Below are positions 60,546 through 64,000 of a stretch of 64,000 nt of DNA, piece after piece. The stretch spans positions 1 to 64,000 of the forward strand of contig CAWDPO010000045.1 in NCBI GenBank assembly GCA_963804165.1, written 5' to 3'. The stretch is from an uncultured delta proteobacterium. GTDB taxonomy: Bacteria > Desulfobacterota > Binatia > UBA9968. The first letter of the stretch is position 1. Each line of letters opens with the position of its first letter. A program made the position numbers and the translations under genes. The notes beneath the pieces are model-generated. The model worked only from the letters and a program-made list of their open reading frames with translations, did no database searches and had not been told where the DNA came from.

Positions 60546-61101
60546 ATGGCGACAGCCTGGCCGGACAAAGACGACCACGAACTGCTCGAGTTCATCCAGG
60601 CGGGCAACGGCCAAGCGTTTGCCGTCCTTGTTGAGCGCCACACCGAGCGCTTTTACCGCCTCGCCTATCGATATCTCCAAAGCAAGGAAGCGGCCGAAGA
60701 TGCGATCCAGGATGCGTTTCTTAAACTGTGGGAAAATCCGGCGCTTTGGCAACCGGAGCGGAACAGCAAATTTACCACCTGGTTTTACCGCGTCGTGGTG
60801 AATCTTTGTCTCGACATGCGCAAAAAGAAGGCCCCGGTGGCCCTCGACGACGAGATGCCATTGATCGATGATCGTGAACCGGTGGAAGAACTGGTAATGC
60901 AAGACTCAGGAACAAAAGTTATTGGAAAGAGAAATCGTCGCCCTCCCTGAGCGCCAGCAAACCGCGTTGAATCTCTGTTTCGACGAAGGTTTAAGCAATC
61001 AGGAAGCGGCCGAAATTATGGGGGTAAATCTCAAAGCGCTGCAGTCGCTGATCATGCGGGCCAAGACGACACTGAAAGAACGAATGAAAGCCTTTTTATG
61101 A
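60546..61101 (+). CDS. ECF sigma-70 factor, interrupted by a +1 frameshift near 60900
   Basis: Region 2 AEDAIQDAFLKLW..FTTWFYRV..NLCLD; region 4 LPERQQTAL..GLSNQEAAEIMG in the next frame. Confidence 0.85.
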
Positions 61102-61108
61102 GGTCGTT

Positions 61109-61423
61109 ATGAACGAAAATCGTGATGAAAAGCTCGACAACTTGCTGAGCTCGCGCCGAGTCGAGTCTGTCAGTCCCGACTTGGCCCAGCGAATCATTTT
61201 ACAAGCGCGGCAGCTGCCGCAAAACAAGTCGTTTTCGCCGTGGCAGTGGCTGCGCGAGCTATGCGTTGAATTTCACTTGCCCAAGCCCGCCTACGTCCTT
61301 GCGACTGCGCTCATTTTCGGGCTGGTGATCGGCTTTAGCACGCCGCCGGACTCGACTTCGAATGCCAACGACGACTCTGCGAGCGCGCAAAGCGTTTTCG
61401 CCGCGGATGAGGACCTGTTATGA
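61109..61423 (+). CDS. Putative anti-sigma membrane protein
   Basis: Directly follows the ECF gene; one TM helix. Confidence 0.7.
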   Translation: MNENRDEKLDNLLSSRRVESVSPDLAQRIILQARQLPQNKSFSPWQWLRELCVEFHLPKPAYVLATALIFGLVIGFSTPPDSTSNANDDSASAQSVFAADEDLL

Positions 61424-61860
61424 CCAAAACCGTCAAATTGGCGTTTCTCGCGTCGCTGGTTTTAAATATCATTTTGCTCGGTGTGATTTTGGGACACGTA
61501 CCGCGCAGCTTGGAGGGCAGACCTTCGCGCCAAGCCCGCATGGAACAGGCGCTGCAGGACTTGCCCGACTCCGTGGAGGCCAGATTTCGTGAAAAGTTTC
61601 AGCAAATTCGCGCCGCCGGCGAGCCCCAGCGCCAGCAGATGGACAGTGCCCGTGCTGAGGCGCTGCGGTTATTAAGTGCCGAGCCCTTCGATGAAGCAGC
61701 CTACGACCGGCAAGTCAGCAATATTGACCGCTTGCGCGAGGAAATGTTCAAGCGCATGGGCCAAGTTGTCAAACAAACCGCCAAGGAACTCTCTCCCGAA
61801 GAACGGCGCCTGTTCGCCGACGTGCTGCGTCGACCGCCGCCTCCTCCTCGCGGCAAGTAG
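61420..61860 (+). CDS. Periplasmic heavy-metal-sensor (Spy/CpxP/CnrX-like) protein
   Basis: SLVLN signal anchor, AEPFDEAA, LSPEERR. Confidence 0.8.
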   Translation: MTKTVKLAFLASLVLNIILLGVILGHVPRSLEGRPSRQARMEQALQDLPDSVEARFREKFQQIRAAGEPQRQQMDSARAEALRLLSAEPFDEAAYDRQVSNIDRLREEMFKRMGQVVKQTAKELSPEERRLFADVLRRPPPPPRGK

Positions 61861-61907
61861 CGGAATTTCCGCTCCCCTGCACCGAAAGCAAATTTCTTTA
61901 AATTGCC

Positions 61908-61936
61908 AAGCGCCGGTAATTCCGGCGCTTTTTTTT
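61908..61936 (+). terminator. Intrinsic terminator
   Basis: AAGCGCCGG-taatt-CCGGCGCTT followed by a T run. Confidence 0.75.
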
Positions 61937-62011
61937 CTATCTTGGCAGCGAAGACTGGCGCCGGCTAGTTCGTATTATGAATTGATACCGTTGCGGAAGG
62001 GGTTACCGGAT

Positions 62012-63232
62012 ATGAAAATGACATGGCACCTAAACTCGATTAAAGCCCAGCACAAAAAGCTGGTTGGGTTTGTCGCTTTCGCAGCGATCGCCGCCGGCGG
62101 CTGGTACTGGTACAGCGCCGCCGCACAAGCGCCGAGGCGTGATGTCCTGGTGCCGATCACGGTGACTCGCGGCACCGTCGAAGCCTTGGTGACCGCCCAG
62201 GGTAAGCTCGAAGCCAAGCAGTACGTCGATGTCGGCACTCAAGTTTCCGGCCAGCTCAAAGCGATTCACGTCGACATCGGCGATACCGTGACCAAGGGTC
62301 AGTTGCTCGCCGAGATCGACCCGCGCGTCTACCAGGCCCAGGTGGAAGCCGGTGAAGCGAAGCTGAACAGCTTGCGCGCCCAGTTAAATCAGCAGAAAGC
62401 CGAGGCGGTGCTGGCCGAGCAAAATCTCCAGCGCAACCAAAACCTGATCGCGGTCAACGCCGTGAGCAAGCAGGCGCTGCAGGAAACAGAATCGCAGGCC
62501 GCAGTCGCCAAAGCGCAAGTCGATTCGATCATCGCGCAGATCCAGGAAACCGAATCCAATCTCAAAGCCAGCCGCACCAATCTTGGCTTCACCAAAATCT
62601 ATGCGCCCGTCGCCGGCACGGTCACGACCTTGCCGACCAAGGAAGGCCAGACACTGAATGCCAATCAGACCACGCCGACGATCATGCAGGTGGCCAATTT
62701 GGATCTGATGACTGTGCGCGCGCAGGTAGCCGAAGCGGATGTCAGCAGCCTTAAAGAAAATATGCCGGCCTATTTCACCACGCTCGGCAAAAGCGATCAG
62801 CGCTGGACCGGCAAAGTACGCCAAGTGCTGCCTTCGCCGCAGATCGTCAACGACGTGGTGCTCTACGACGTCCTGATCGACGTGAAGAACGAAGGCCGCC
62901 AACTCATGACGGGTATGACGACACAGGTTTTTTTCATCCTCGGCAAAGCCGACAACGCGCTTGTGATCCCGGCGGAGCTGCTGACCCGGCGCGTCGCCAA
63001 GGAAGACACCGACAAAGGTAAAGCCTACCGTGTTGCAGTCGTCACCGAAGCCGGCCGCGAACAGCGTGTGATCCACGTCGGCTTGCAGACCCGCACCCAG
63101 GCCGAAGTCGTTGACGGACTGCAGGAAGGCGAACGAGTAGCGGCGACCCGGCCCGCGCCTGCAACCACTCAGGCCAGCAACCCGCAGCGCGGAGGCAACG
63201 CGCCACGCTTGAATCGAGGGCCTCAGCTATGA
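62012..63232 (+). CDS. macA: MacA-like efflux periplasmic adaptor
   Basis: [37 protein letters not shown]. Confidence 0.88.
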   Translation: MKMTWHLNSIKAQHKKLVGFVAFAAIAAGGWYWYSAAAQAPRRDVLVPITVTRGTVEALVTAQGKLEAKQYVDVGTQVSGQLKAIHVDIGDTVTKGQLLAEIDPRVYQAQVEAGEAKLNSLRAQLNQQKAEAVLAEQNLQRNQNLIAVNAVSKQALQETESQAAVAKAQVDSIIAQIQETESNLKASRTNLGFTKIYAPVAGTVTTLPTKEGQTLNANQTTPTIMQVANLDLMTVRAQVAEADVSSLKENMPAYFTTLGKSDQRWTGKVRQVLPSPQIVNDVVLYDVLIDVKNEGRQLMTGMTTQVFFILGKADNALVIPAELLTRRVAKEDTDKGKAYRVAVVTEAGREQRVIHVGLQTRTQAEVVDGLQEGERVAATRPAPATTQASNPQRGGNAPRLNRGPQL

Positions 63233-64000
63233 ACGCGACCATTCTAGAACTCAGTGAAATCCATAAACACTATACCAACGGTGACACCACGGTACGCGCC
63301 CTCGACGGCGTGTCGCTAAAGATCCGCCGGGGTGAATTTGTCGCGATCATGGGGCAGTCAGGTTCCGGCAAGTCGACCTTGATGAATATTCTCGGCTGTC
63401 TCGACCGCCCCACTACGGGCAGTTATAAGGTGCTCGGCCGCGAAGCGGCGAATCTCGAACCCGACGAACTGGCGTCGCTGCGGCGCGAAACCTTCGGCTT
63501 CGTCTTTCAGAAATATAACTTATTGGCCACCGCCACGGCCGGCGAGAACGTGCAGATTCCCTCGGTGTACGCCGGCCTGCCCAAGCACAAGCGCGCCGAG
63601 CGCGCCGAGCGCCTGCTCGCGCGCCTCGGCCTCGGCGACCGCACCGCGCATCGCCCCTCGGAACTTTCCGGCGGCCAGCAACAGCGCGTCGCCATTGCCC
63701 GCGCCCTGGTGAATGACCCGCCGGTGATTCTCGCCGACGAACCCACCGGCGCCTTGGACAGCAAGAGCGGCGACGAAGTCCTCGCTTTGCTCAAACAACT
63801 TCACACCGAAGGGCGCACGATCATTCTAATCACCCACGCCGAAAACGTCGCGCAGAATGCCGGCCGCATCGTGCGCATCCAGGACGGCCGAATTCTTGAA
63901 GATACCGGAAGCTTCACCGACGAAGCGACGGAAAGTGTCGCGGCAAACAATCGTAGTTTCGAAAGCGCCGTCGGCTTGATGGCGAGCGCGCAGGAAGCGC
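63229..64000 (+). CDS. macB: MacB-like ABC ATPase/permease (runs off the window)
   Basis: GQSGSGKST Walker [24 protein letters not shown]. Confidence 0.9.
   Translation, partial: MNATILELSEIHKHYTNGDTTVRALDGVSLKIRRGEFVAIMGQSGSGKSTLMNILGCLDRPTTGSYKVLGREAANLEPDELASLRRETFGFVFQKYNLLATATAGENVQIPSVYAGLPKHKRAERAERLLARLGLGDRTAHRPSELSGGQQQRVAIARALVNDPPVILADEPTGALDSKSGDEVLALLKQLHTEGRTIILITHAENVAQNAGRIVRIQDGRILEDTGSFTDEATESVAANNRSFESAVGLMASAQEA

Overview
A GC-rich bacterial window. Its gene content (many orphan solute-binding proteins, orphan xanthine-dehydrogenase-type Mo subunits, dense intergenic palindromes) suggests a soil Binatota/deltaproteobacterium-like genome; this is inference. 1-320: tRNA-Ala(CGC) with a degraded serine-recombinase-like tail converging on it. 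0.3-18 kb: housekeeping genes (galU, dksA, perR/DUF3501/rubrerythrin, alr, purH-purD-purE, tsaC, pepF, cinA, surE). 18.4-35 kb: a signalling block in which a KaiC-like ATPase and a coiled-coil protein are divergent from a sigma54-type chemosensory cluster (REC, cheD, cheA, cheW, 3 MCPs, PstS-like protein, cheR, cheB, cheY, MshEN-like/CheX fusion), followed by a convergent ppk1. 37-64 kb: catabolic and transport genes, an IS1182-family element and a MITE each inserted into REP-like palindromes, a four-helix-bundle gene enclosed by heptamer-periodic inverted repeats, an ECF sigma module and macAB. The strongest unexpected signal is an in-frame UGA at the position of the family's conserved Cys in a YccU-like CoA-binding protein, followed by a SECIS-like hairpin, which makes it a candidate selenoprotein. 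Several genes carry small indels that may be assembly errors. No CRISPR array or rRNA was seen.
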